From Laetmonice hystrix (lineage: Eukaryota), in assembly GCA_965235115.1 (NCBI GenBank), contig OZ249436.1, positions 14,758,001-14,818,000 on the forward strand: a DNA stretch of 60,000 nt, in the 5' to 3' direction. Positions 31,297-43,200 of the stretch are shown here, piece by piece. A model generated the notes under the pieces. The model was not told where the DNA came from. It was given only the letters and a program-made list of their open reading frames with translations, and ran no database searches. Each line of letters begins with the position of its first letter. Position 1 is the first letter of the stretch. Both the position numbers and the translations under genes were made by a program.

Positions 31297-33875
31297 GCTG
31301 ATGTGGTGTTGGTCCTTCATATTGTATACTACGTAAAACGATTAGAAACGGCTATTTCCCTTAAGAAATCACCATTTCCCGATCGGTAATTCATCGTTTC
31401 ATCTACAGACACCGGAACTCTCTATAAGGGAATACCCCCCACCCCCACCCTTACCCCTTGTTCGTCCCAGCAGCACATGCCCTGGTTGTGCACCTTGGGG
31501 GCACGGGGCTGAATGTTACTACTCAAACAAATTTGATTATGTTGGCAGGTCTGCAGCAGTGTTCCCATAATGCAGTGTAGTTCTTCATAATAGGCAGTAA
31601 CCATGTGGTTAAAAGGCGGGGGGGGGGGATCTCACAGATTTTGAGCTCCTCCAGCCGGTTCTAATGATCAAAGGCCAGCCTTGGCAACGTAAACCTAGAA
31701 TCACTTATTAACAACACGAGGTATTGAATAAATGGATTCAGGGATTTGAATCTATGATTCTGCAGCTTTACTGTCCTTAAGATGACAGTTTGACACATGG
31801 GGAAACGCTATAAAATCTAGACGATGCCTAGAAATTGTGATATATATATTCTGTCAGAATATTGGTTATTCAAATCAAAAGGGAGAAATAATATTTACAC
31901 TCTGTATATTGTGTGTTTCACTTGAGCAGTGCCTGAATTGCGTATAGATGTAAGGGAAGACTTTATGCTTTCTTTGAGCCTTTGTACATAAACTGAATGC
32001 TTTTGATGATGCCTTAAATTTCTCAGGATTGGAATCAATTTCAAATTGGACATTCAATTTTTAAGCTGTCCAGACTCCTGTGAATTTGCTACATTTTGTG
32101 TTTTTCTCAAGGGCGACCTCAGGGTGGTCGGAATGGTTATTCATTAGTCTGTCATCAATAATATTTTGTAATAAAATAATTTCATGTTCTCAGAAAGGTT
32201 CTACCTATGGTAGTCAACGGGAGAGAGGGTCTATAGTTTTCAGTCTGTTAAGCGTTGAGGTTATTGTAGGCCTTAATTGCCTGAAGACGGGTTTTGTAAC
32301 AGTTTTGCGTTACTTTATGTATTGCATAAAATATGATAAAATATTTTCACTAAATAGTTATAACTGTAACACGGCCTAGATAATGAGTAAAATTCATGGT
32401 TTTGGGGGTTATGGAATTGAAGTACTGATGTACATGACGTACTTGTTGATTGTGATCAGTTCTGGATGACTTCACGTGAGTTCTGCTGAACACTGACTGG
32501 AAACATGTTGTATTTAGTAATTACCGATATGTCCAATTGTTTCTCCGGTTGTACTTTTTGTTGACTGGAGTTGAGCAAGGGTTGTACAGCATAGTAATGC
32601 ATGACATAGAATTGTATGGAAATGTACACCCGTGGAAGAATGAGAATTTTGTATTTGAAGCACCCTATTGCAGTGTTTGAATATGTACCGAAGTCTTTCC
32701 AGATTTTGCAAAGTGACAAAGAGGCAGACAATGCCGAGTTGTCGGCAGCAGTCTACTGGCTGTGCCAGTGCAGTGAAACACTAACTTCAATAATACTGTC
32801 ACAGATTTATGGTCAGGCTATGATATGTGTAGAAACGTTAGTTGTCAAGACTACCCAGTAGTTTTAACTAACAAATCGAGAGGTGGTCCCAAACGAATTT
32901 TGCTTTGTATTGGCCGACTAATTCTGCAAGATTAGGACTTGAGTGATCATAAACTAAGGCTTAATAATGTACATACCACTGGCCCCCTCCCCTTTTGAAA
33001 AGAATGGTCATTCACAGGTGAGCCGTAAGTGCCTCATGAAAGGAGTGATTAAGATTTCCTTTCCCCACTATAATTGCTGGCACCCAGTGCCCATATCCAT
33101 GACTTCATGGAGTGAAAGGTCCGGTACCCTGTGCTACCAGTCTACTGCTGACATTATTGAGGAATACATGTATTCTACTTCAGTATTGTCTGTGAAGTTC
33201 TTTAGATGACCTAAGGTTTAACTGCTGGAGTGCCAGGATGCTAGGCATGGCTTTATTTGTCACACGTCAGAGACACTTTCTGAAATTTTGTTTTGCTTTA
33301 GTAGGAGTCTTCGTCTTTCACGCCAGTTGTACCTTGTACGAAGTATTCTATACCGTCCATTCTAGAAACCTTAAGAGGACGGGCATGCAATAGTTCTCTC
33401 GACCCTGAAAGTCGGTTTATGTCAAGCTCACACAGCATGGTGTCTTTCCAGCAGTAGTATTGTTTTACAATTGTCTTTCTTTTGGATAGTTATCGGACCC
33501 GAGGTGTCAGCAGGTACCACTTAAGAATATTTAAAAAAAAGAGTAGTAAACGCAAAACCTATACGTCGGAACGAACATAACTCGGCCCGCAGCATGCCTT
33601 TAAGTAATTTGTCAAATGTAAGGCTCGATACGGCAAAGTCCACGAAGGATTTGCGCCACTACAAGTTGGAATGCCGTCGAAAATGGAAGAAGGATAATTA
33701 TACAGTTAGTTCCACTTAACCCGAACTTTTGGGGAAATTGAAAAAAGTTTGGGTTAACCGAAAATTCGGGTTAACCGAAACGGCCCCATTTAGGCTCGTA
33801 ACCATTAGGCCTATGTCAAAGTGAAACCGCTGTACATGTATATGTTGTATATTTTACAAAAAAATTCACCTCATT

Positions 33876-34584
33876 TTATTGGTTCAGCTTAACATAAATA
33901 TCGATATATAAAAGGGCTTCTTCAATGTCGGGGTAGGCTGACTGTCGGATTTTCTTACGGGCCAAATCACTGCAACCTTGGTCACCCTCAGCAAAAATCT
34001 GAACACGACTAGCGGGCTGCTTCCACTGAGAAATAGTGGTGCGGGGTATACACAGGGGCGGATCCAGCTTTTTCCATTAGGGGGGGTTCAACATGTTTCA
34101 GAGGAACACAGACGTGACCGTACGAGCGCCGAAGGCGCGAAGGCTGCAAGCGCCGAAGGCGTGAAGCCTTCCTAGGGGGGTCCCGGGGCATGCCCCCCCC
34201 GGTGTAATTTGTTGCAATATGATGCATTTTTAAACACAAAATAAGCTATTCAATGACCAAGGGCAAAAGGGCCTCCTCAAGTCCAACAGCATCTTTGACT
34301 ATAGGATGAAATCCTGCCGAGTGTAGCGAGGCAAAAAAAAATTTTAGGTGGTTTTTTATCTTGCGACTAAAGAAAAAAAACTTCTAAATTATAATGTTAA
34401 GTTAAAATGTGTGTTTTTGCAAAATTTTAGGGGGGGTTCGAACCCCCTGACCCCCCCCCCCGGATCCGCCAGTGATACCTAACTCCTTGGAAAGCTTACT
34501 AGCCTTCTCTCCATTGTCAAGACGTTGCGAAACGCTAACTTTTACTGACAAGGGGTACGAAGATTGCTTCGGTTTCTGTGACAT
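33876..34584 (-). pseudogene. Truncated Tigger/CENP-B-type transposase (HTH DNA-binding region), split by a MITE
   Basis: Removing 34053-34474 plus one TSD gives MSQKPKQSSYPLSVKVSVSQRLDNGEKASKLSKELGI|PRTTISQWK...RKKIRQSAYPDIEEALL..* (93 aa). Confidence 0.85.
34053..34474. mobile_element. hAT-like MITE nested in the Tigger element
   Basis: CAGGGGCGGATCC ... GGATCCGCCAGTG ends; flanks ATACA / ATACC (5-bp TSD, one mismatch). Confidence 0.8.
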
Positions 34585-36273
34585 GGTGCTAGCTGTATGG
34601 CAGTAGCAAGAATGAGTTGGGGTGGTAAGGTTCTGGCTTGTTTTATAGCAAGAAGCGTCGGCAACAAAGTGAAGAGGTGTGACTCTCGTGCCTCACACTT
34701 CCTAAATTAGATTCACAAGTTTCTTAAGAACGTAGAGGTGAGACCCGAATTCAAAGATTAGCCCCTGGAGATCGTCTTTAAACTGTGAATGTTTGATCTA
34801 TTGAATAACGTACAAGAGACAGCAGCAAAGAGAAGAGGTGTGACTCAACACTTACACAGGTGTGATGTTAAAGTGTTGCCTGTGTATACCTAGTCTGAGA
34901 TTGTGCAAACAAAAAGTTTGGGTTAACTGGAAAAAATGCCTCTTTGGAAATAAAAATCAGTTCAGGTTAACCGAAATTTCGGGTTAACCGAATTCGGGTT
35001 AAGCGGACAAAATAGACAGTATTAAATAGGAAATCTGCAGGGAAATTGAAAAAAGTTTGGGTTAACCGAAAGTTCGGGTTAACCGAGTTCGGGTTAAGTG
35101 GAACCAACTGTACTTAGTTATGCTTCATGCAAAATAGCGGATCATTTAATCATGTCTTTCAGTGATTGTGACTGTATGTGTCATAAAAACAATGAAAAAG
35201 GTTTGTCATACTAACAACCTGATTGTAGCTTGTCAGGTTGTTGCCAGATACTCAGGTGATAAAAAATTGGTCCTTGAACTTGAAGGCAATGGTTACTATG
35301 CAATGGTCCATCCTTGGCTTCAAGCGAACTAAGCTGTGCCACTTAAAGGGCAAAACAGTTTCTCCAGAGGGCCCTATTTACGGGGTTGTACGCGAGTCGT
35401 GTGTCAGTCGGGATAGAAATAATATGTAGAGGGTGTTCAGGTAGGATTACCCTACTATCATAACATTTGTACACAGACTTGATAACCGGTGCAATGCTGC
35501 ATGGAAATGTGTAAGTGACTAGACAGCTGAAAAAGATGCAAGTGCCATGATCAACACTGAGCTGAAGAGGCTCTAGGCTGGCCGATGAACAAAGCCTAAA
35601 TTGTTATTGTTATCTTGTACAACTCGATACACCAAATTGAATAGGATGATTAATTCGGGCACTTAATAGCCTAAGGTACCGGTCAACCTTAGCTAGTATC
35701 AATCTTGCAACATTATCAAGCGAGGGAGCCGAGAACCAGCTTAGGGAAGTACGCGCTTTGATGCTAGTATATTTTGAGGGTTGCATTGTTATTTAGTTGC
35801 ATAATGCTTGAACTCTCCATTTTGCCTATGAAAGTGAAGACATCATGAAAACTCATGTGCCAACAGTCCAAATAAAATGGAGCACCAGCTATTGTGAAAA
35901 GGTGCGTTACACGCGAGGGACTACGGTCAAGAGATGCTGAATTTCGTATTAATTGTTTGTTGATAATTTGCCATGACACTTTTGAATATATCGTTATGAT
36001 AAAATGCTATATGGTCTTTGGTAAGGTTATTAAGGTTACATTATGCATAATATGACAAAAAAACTAAGCTGACGGTAACCAAATGTTTGAAGGAGATAAG
36101 ATCTCCATTTGATTCAAAACCCTGTGCAACAATACACTGATTTTTGTACTAAATCAACACCGGTTTTGTTATTTGTTATGCTGAAGAGGTGTATCATCTG
36201 GTCGTAGAGCTATGTTTATTAAAGTACCCCTTAGAGGTAGAGGACACTTCACACACGATAGAGCACATTTCAT

Positions 36274-36360
36274 TGCTGACATCTAGTGGCAAAAATATAC
36301 TTGGGTTTCACACCAGGTGTCAGGACGACTCGAGTGACGACGCTGCTGCCACCTAGAGCG
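36274..36360. promoter_or_regulatory. Cluster of three CTCF-like motifs between AdipoR and Slo1
   Basis: Minus GCCACTAGATGTCAGCA (36274-36290), plus CACCAGGTGTCAG (36311-36323), minus CGCTCTAGGTGGCAGCA (36344-36360). Confidence 0.45.
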
Positions 36361-37949
36361 TATTTGGCACTTTTGAGATCAAGTCTATCTGGCCATTGGA
36401 AATAAACAAGACCTTGGCTGACCTATGAAATGGACCACTGAAAGGATTTTAAGTGCGACCTCGATTGACCTCGATAGGTCACTTGAGGCAAACAAAAAAG
36501 TGCTAAATGAATCTTCATATAGGTTTGCCCCAACTTCCACATCTTGAGTTGTCAAGGGGCATCGTACATCCTGCATTCTACCCCTTGACTTGAGCCCGGC
36601 CCAGGCTAAACTGCCAGAGGTTGACCTTGAGGTCAACTTCATGAATATTAATAGGACCTGGCATCGGCGTCATAGACTCGCCACTAACACTAAACACTGT
36701 CCAGTTCGCTGATACACAATAATGTGTCCCTCCCTGACAATACAGTTTGTAGCACTCTGACTTGATATACGGTTTAACACGCGAAATTCCAAATTTTATC
36801 TCCCCTGATTTCAGCATCGTCGCTTCGCTGGCAGCCGAACACCGGCCTGCTCGGCCCGGTGTCGCCGGCGCTAGCTGTCGGTCTCGGCCTCTGCCGTGCC
36901 CGTGGGTTAACGGTTAAGGGTCGGGATAGGGTTATAGTTAGTGAGTGTTCTTGAAGCCCTGTCAACTCAAAGTTGTTCCTCCCACTGGCAGGATTTAATG
37001 CCTACCCTTACTGCCACCGTTGGCTTTGCCATCTTGTTTCCACCACAATAAGTTAACTCGGGATGATCCTGTATTGGCTTACCAGAAATGCAAGCTAATT
37101 TGTATGAATCGCACCTCAGACAGTGCTGTAATCTCATTGGTCCGTGCACTAAACACACGGACAATTATTAGGTCATTAGGTATTAGGGGGTGATCATTAT
37201 CACTGGAAGCGGTTCAACCCCGAGCGTGGGAGGATGCAACTTCCCTAACATCGTGTAACTTTTATCAGCCCATAATGCAATCTTTAGCGTCGCAAGAGTG
37301 TACTAAAGGCCTATACTAGGCCCCTAAACATCAGGGTTCTCAATGTCCTGAAATGTCATGGAAAGGAAAGGTCATGGAAAATAGAAAAACGAGGCAAAGT
37401 CATGGAATTTGAGATTGCTCTCGAACCACATTTTTGTTTCTGTTAGGGCTGAAGTGTAAAGTTCCACGACATACTCGGAGACAATTCTAGAATTTTAGTG
37501 TATTTGATTAATTTTATTCGGAATTGGTCATGAAAGTTAAGGTTTTGGTCTGGAAAAGCCATGAAATTTCAATATAGCCAACCTGTGGGAACTCTGTAGG
37601 CCTAAATGCAGAATTGTTGAATTCCTGTTTTTCCTCTCTCCATGTTTGATATTTAGGATGACAAATTGTTTACCATACCATGCTAGGATCTATTGTTACA
37701 ATAGCCGTAACTCGTAGGACCCCAGTCTTATGACTTAGCAAACCTTAGCCTTTGATTTCTGACACCACATTGCATGTAGGCCCCTAAGATGAATTATTAA
37801 TAACAATAATAATAGGCAATACCCTAAAATGTGATGCAGAGCACACTCGCTATTTTTCTGATACAAATAAGTTTTGTCGAAGTAGCCTTATTTAGAGTGG
37901 CATTTTTTATGGGCCTAATTGTTATGACTTCTCAATAGAACCTGCCCAC

Positions 37950-38591
37950 GACCGCAGCGCGACCTATCGGGCAGAATGGAGAATAATCAATGTTAATGCG
38001 TAAGCTCGTTCGCTGTGTGTGCGCCACGTGCTGCTACCGTTTCGTGCGCCCGCGCTCGAGGACAGCTCGCAAAGAGAGCGGCTCGCCAGCCAGTCAGCCC
38101 GCGGTCTGCTCCAGTCCATCCCCACGTGTCGATATTTGTGTTTGCCGCGATCTGACGCTGAGCCAACGCCAAGCTATTTCCATGAGCGCCCCGCTACCGA
38201 CTTCGTGAGGGTCGGCTCAAACCATCGCATTTAGAATCATGGCGGGCTGGGGCTCGCAACGTTATGCTGCGCTATCTGCCACACTGGACCAAGGATTCCA
38301 GTGAGCTGCCATCGGTAGCAGGGATCTACCGAGTTCAGAAGTCCGCTTAGCCTTCAGGACGCAGAGTGGTGTTTACGTGTCGTCAGGTGCTGGAGTCTCT
38401 CGACTCGCGCAGGCATTAGCATAGGTTATAAATTATTAATGTCCATGTAAACCTGCCATTTTCAAACGTGGATTATGGAGGGGATGATGTCGCAGCGACA
38501 TCAAGGTGTGTTTTGGGCAGGATCTAGCGCCATTTTACCGGGAATTGTGGCCTGTGTAGAACAGCTAGGACGCTAAGGCTTTGCGAGGAAG
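37950..38591 (+). promoter_or_regulatory. CpG-rich promoter / 5' leader of Slo1, with uORFs
   Basis: Local GC/CpG enrichment and a CACGTG just upstream of the first coding exon; uORFs at 38239-38304 and 38475-38576. Confidence 0.55.
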
Positions 38592-38882
38592 ATGAACTCA
38601 ACGACGCTGAGCCCTGAGGAGGTATGCCTGCAGGATAGGCACTGGTACGCCTTCCTCTGCTCCAGCCTCATCACATTCTTCGTTGGGCTGCTCCTGGTGC
38701 TCGCATGGCGCATATTCGCATGGCTGTGCTGTCAGCGCAAGACCGCAGCTGTCGCCAAGACTGGGGGCAGCCCCCTAAAGGGGGTAGCGAAAAACCCGGA
38801 CACCGAAATAGGATGGGTCACCGAGGCAAAAGATTGGGCAGGAGAACTTATATCTGGCCAGACCACCACCGGCAGGATTCTG
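38592..38882 (+). CDS. slo: Slo1/BK large-conductance Ca2+-activated K+ channel alpha subunit, coding exon 1 (S0 and S0-S1 loop)
   Basis: [36 protein letters not shown] (S0) and [23 protein letters not shown], as in Slowpoke/KCNMA1; GTGAGT donor in phase 0. Confidence 0.96.
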
Positions 38883-39833
38883 GTGAGTGTAGATGTATCC
38901 CTGTATTTCACACCTTTCTCAACTATACCGACCAATGAATATTTTGAGTCAAATGTAGGCCTATGGCTATGTTTCAAACATATGTATAGCCTATGCGAAT
39001 ACAAACAATATGCCTATTCCGTGGCCCCTCCAAAAATCATATGGAATTCTAGTGGAACAATAGTAGGAACACACATTTTGTAAGTGGCCTCAATATGCCT
39101 ATTCAATGTATTTATAAAACTAGTTAGACACAGCTTGTTTCGTCTGCTAGCAGGCCAAAGGGTCTTCATGTTGGCCGGACATCAATTTGTTAGAGAATTT
39201 TGATGAACGTGACAACTGATCAGCATGCAGCAGTACATTTCAGTCTGGACCTGACAGGCCTAGTAGGTCTATACACATTGAATGAATATATTATGTCCAA
39301 CAGGTAAAATGTCAATACTTTTAAGTGTTTTTTCAAAATTGTGGTACTGAAAATTATATTTTATCTAGCGAAGATCGTTTGATATGCTAATATCTCTATT
39401 TGGAAGAACATGTAATTCAACTTATCACCTACACATGTACAGCAGTCGCGACAACTAATGAACTGAAATAGAACAAGTACATGTATTATGATACAGGTAT
39501 GAAGCAGTTAGCAAACAACAGTGGCCAACTTTCAGGTAGCAGACTACCACATGGCGTAGCTCAGACTATATAGTGTATCCACTGTCATACCTGCATCAAC
39601 TGTGAATATTGTTATGCATCACCTGCCAGGTGTGCTCAGTGACACCCTGTATTGGCTGATGGTACACGTAACAGAACTACACATACAATTGAATGCTAAT
39701 TCTACTTTAATTTTGAGTATTACATTACAAGGCAACTAAATGTGTTCTCTATGTAGAATGGCCAAAGTTATTGATAATGATTTTCAGTATGACAAGTATC
39801 ATCATTCATCAATGGTGTGAATTATATTATATG

Positions 39834-39984
39834 CAGTGGCGGATCCAGGGGGATTACTGCGGTTGCAACCACCCCCGTTTCGAAGTAATTTTTCTTTTCT
39901 CCTGCCTGAAAGGTTCACACAAAACAGAACCCCCCCTTTTGCACCCCACAACCCCCCGTTGGCGCAAACCTGGGTCCGCCCCTG
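39834..39984. mobile_element. hAT-like MITE with 5-bp TSD
   Basis: CAGTGGCGGATCCAGG ... CCTGGGTCCGCCCCTG; ATATG on both flanks (39829-39833, 39985-39989). Confidence 0.85.
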
Positions 39985-40029
39985 ATATGTATGTACATTG
40001 GCCAGGTGCAGTTCTACAAGTCGTGCCTT

Positions 40030-40225
40030 TGTTTTGGATTATGGTTTTACCCCTGATGTTAAGGTTATCAGGATTTAATATAGGAGGAGACTTGAGTACC
40101 CGGGGTGAACCACTGACACCGCAGCAATTAACTGAGAAACCTTCTCATATAAGGCAGGCCAAGGGTTTCAGATCGATGGCTGAGATGTCCTGTGAACACC
40201 TGCCAGATCACTCAGAGCCACAGAT
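40030..40225 (-). mobile_element. Old diverged copy of the V-domain-like SINE
   Basis: Minus strand GAAGGTTTCTCAG..GTCAGTGGTTCACCCCGGGTACTCAAGTCTCCTCC aligns by eye with 23470-23540. Confidence 0.5.
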
Positions 40226-43200
40226 CGTTAGAAATCGTCATTCTTGTATTATTCATACCTCATAATCTTTTCAGTGAGAAACTGATAGACAATTTGGTGT
40301 ACATCGGGAAGATTTTCTTAAGAGAAAGGGAAAATGTTACTATATTGCTCGGCTGCAGTTGGTCCTGTAATATTGTACCTCTTATACGCCATGACGGTGT
40401 TAGGACGTAAAGTCCTTCATATTAAAAGTTAGGTATATATCATTCCAGGGACTTATGGCTACCGTACTCCTGTCAGCATGTAGTACTTGTTGTGTACAAT
40501 TTGCCCCATTGTCGGCCTAATTAATCTGCACTTTAATCCGATAGCTCATTCTCACTCTTCGTGCCCCATTCCTTGTTTGCTTTATTAATCAGATTAGGAA
40601 TGATTTGGAAGCTGCGCTGAAAAGGCAGAAAAAGCGCCAGATGTGAATTTGATTGGTTTGTGTGATGACAATAAGATTTAGAAGTATAGGCGTAACAGCA
40701 GTAGGCCTACTTTGTTGATCATAATTCACTTGAAAACATAAATCATATTTATTTCCTGTGCCATGTAGTGGGAAGTAACAAATGCATTTCACAGAATATA
40801 TCGACTTCCTATAAACCTAAGAGTAAAGCACTACCTAGACGTCGATGTATTTATCAAATCGGCTAATGATAGTATTCGAAGGCCAATCTGTTTGCCTAAT
40901 ATGATAGGGATTTAAAAGGAGATCTTACGTTGATGTTTACAGTTTGATCTGCGTTATTCATATTAGATACTTCCAGTAGAAAGTTCCTCTCTGTGTCTGA
41001 ATTTACGTACCGGTACTCGAACAATGATAGCGGCTACAGAAGGATGTTCTGGCCGCCTGTTTGCTGTTGTTACAACCATATGGAGCGGTTACATACTGGT
41101 ACATGTGTATGACTTTATAACCTAATTTATAGGTAGACAAACCTACCCCAGCAAGTTACGCACACATGTCTCGTCCCCCCCTCCGTGCACACATGGTTGT
41201 GTATTTTCAGTGAATAGTTGATGGGCTTGTAGTCATGGAAGTGACACAGCTACTGGATCTATGAACCTGAGATGAGGGTGCCCTCATTCGAGACACAAGG
41301 AGATGCACCGATGGATGGGAGGTGGTGAAGTGGCGGTGTGGCTTCCGAGGTAGAGTTTCTGGCAACGTCCCAGTCTCTTCCAGTCTCGGCAAGCTTTATA
41401 AATAGTGCTGGAGCTTCAGCTGTAGCAGGCTTGGGTTGGGACATGTAGATCGTGGCAAGCGGAAATCATCCCGTTGGTAAGCTTCTGCCCTGTGATGATG
41501 CGGATACGATACCGCTGACCTCCCGTTGACCTTGTAGCCTAGGCTAGTGACCTGCGAGTCTTGGCATCTGTGGCGAAGCTGATCTTCTCTGTTTACCAAC
41601 CCGAAATCTTTGTCCAGAGTCAGATAGAGTAAACCAGATTCACCCCATCTACAGTTGCAGCCTTTTAATTTACTTTTTAAACACCCTAACATTTACTTAC
41701 CCTAACATTCTGACAGCTAACCCTGTGGTCTCTTCTCTGTGCCTTGTTTACCAAGGTTTCATAGCCCTGGCCAGACCTGCCGCCGAAGTGTAGGGTGTGC
41801 AGTAACAGTGCCCAGTGGCATGCCAATGGCCACAAAGTGCATCCCCCTCTTCAGTTCCTGGGCCTGATGCTTCTATGCGATATAAACAGACAGGGATAGA
41901 TACTCGATGTCTCAGTCCTGATGATCCGGATTAGATAAAGAGGTTTACAGACTAAAGGATGCGAGTCTATGTGCGCTGTGGCAGTTTACAAACCCTGATA
42001 TGGGGTCGGACGAGTACGTAACATTAGTCATTGCTTACATAAAGTACCCGGGGCACTCATCTCTAGATACAGAGTTGCAGTTATTCATGATCTGCCAACT
42101 CTTCATTAATGGATGATCCCAAGGTCATGTGTAAGCCAAATGAAGGCGACGAAGGAATAGTATGAATAAGACAAACATAATGACCTAGGAATGGAACCGA
42201 TGACATATTTCACTAACTCAAGTTAATGGCTGCAGTCCAGGTTAAGAATTGCTTGGTTATACTGATAATTTAGGAAATGCCATTTGGAAGACATTTACCG
42301 TGACTGAATGGCATAATACCGGATGTATTGCTCCGTATTGAAGATCACAGAGCGGGGCATCTGAATCGTTCAGGCCAAAGCCACGGTCATTTTTTTATGA
42401 ATGAAACTGACGCCCAGGTGACAAATTTGAATTTCATATTGTGTAGTCAAATGAATGCATCTGACAGACTTCCTCTACAAGCTTCAAACCTTGGGCGTTG
42501 ATGACCTTTGGCGATGGTGAAAACCATGGCATGGCTTGTATTAATTTGGTTAAATATAAAGAAAATATTTCAAATGTACCTTTAATGTGAAAAACACAAT
42601 CGCTGATCAGTTTGAATATCCTTTTAGAAATATTGGTATTTTTCTGACTTACAGTTTTAAAAGAGACGGCAAAAACAGGCGCTTTTCAAATGTGTGTTTT
42701 GCTGTGAATGAATGGTCCTGCGAAGCATTGATTGAGCGAGCATGATGGCCGATAGCATTTCATACATGCCCCGCCGCTCCAGTTATCGGTATGTGTGTAT
42801 GTATACTGAAGATGTAAACCTGACTGGCAAGTGTGTAGCCAGTGTTTACTATGGTACGGCACCGCGACTATGCAGGTAAAGCAGTAACAGCAGAGCTGCA
42901 GCAAGAGGCTAGAAGATAGGCTGTGTTTATGCCAACACTAAGCCCTGTGTTCCATATACACTCCATGTCAGGTGGGGGTCGGAGTTTCTCAGTGCCCTTG
43001 TCAGAATTGCTGGTAACACTTGATGGACACACCCAGTTGCTTAGGGGATTCACACCTTCAGGACATTTCCAGACAAGGACACGGAAATCTCGTCTAGCTA
43101 AAGAGCGATGCCACGCAAAGACGCGTTCCGTATCAGCGAGACATCACTCGAATCGTCCAATAGGTTTTAAAGTATACGATGATCCTTTATTAAAGTTATT

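Larger units (their letters stand above)
33703..35110 (-). mobile_element. Tigger/pogo (Tc1-mariner superfamily) internally deleted DNA transposon
   Basis: TIRs CAGTTAGTTCCACTTAACCCGAACT / AGTTCGGGTTAAGTGGAACCAACTG; TA TSD; subterminal TTCGGGTTAACCGA repeats; transposase N-terminus inside. Confidence 0.92.

Noticed and set aside
41396..41405. MEF2/TATA-like TTATAAATAG in the Slo1 intron
   Set aside because: A single short AT-rich motif is expected by chance in 60 kb.
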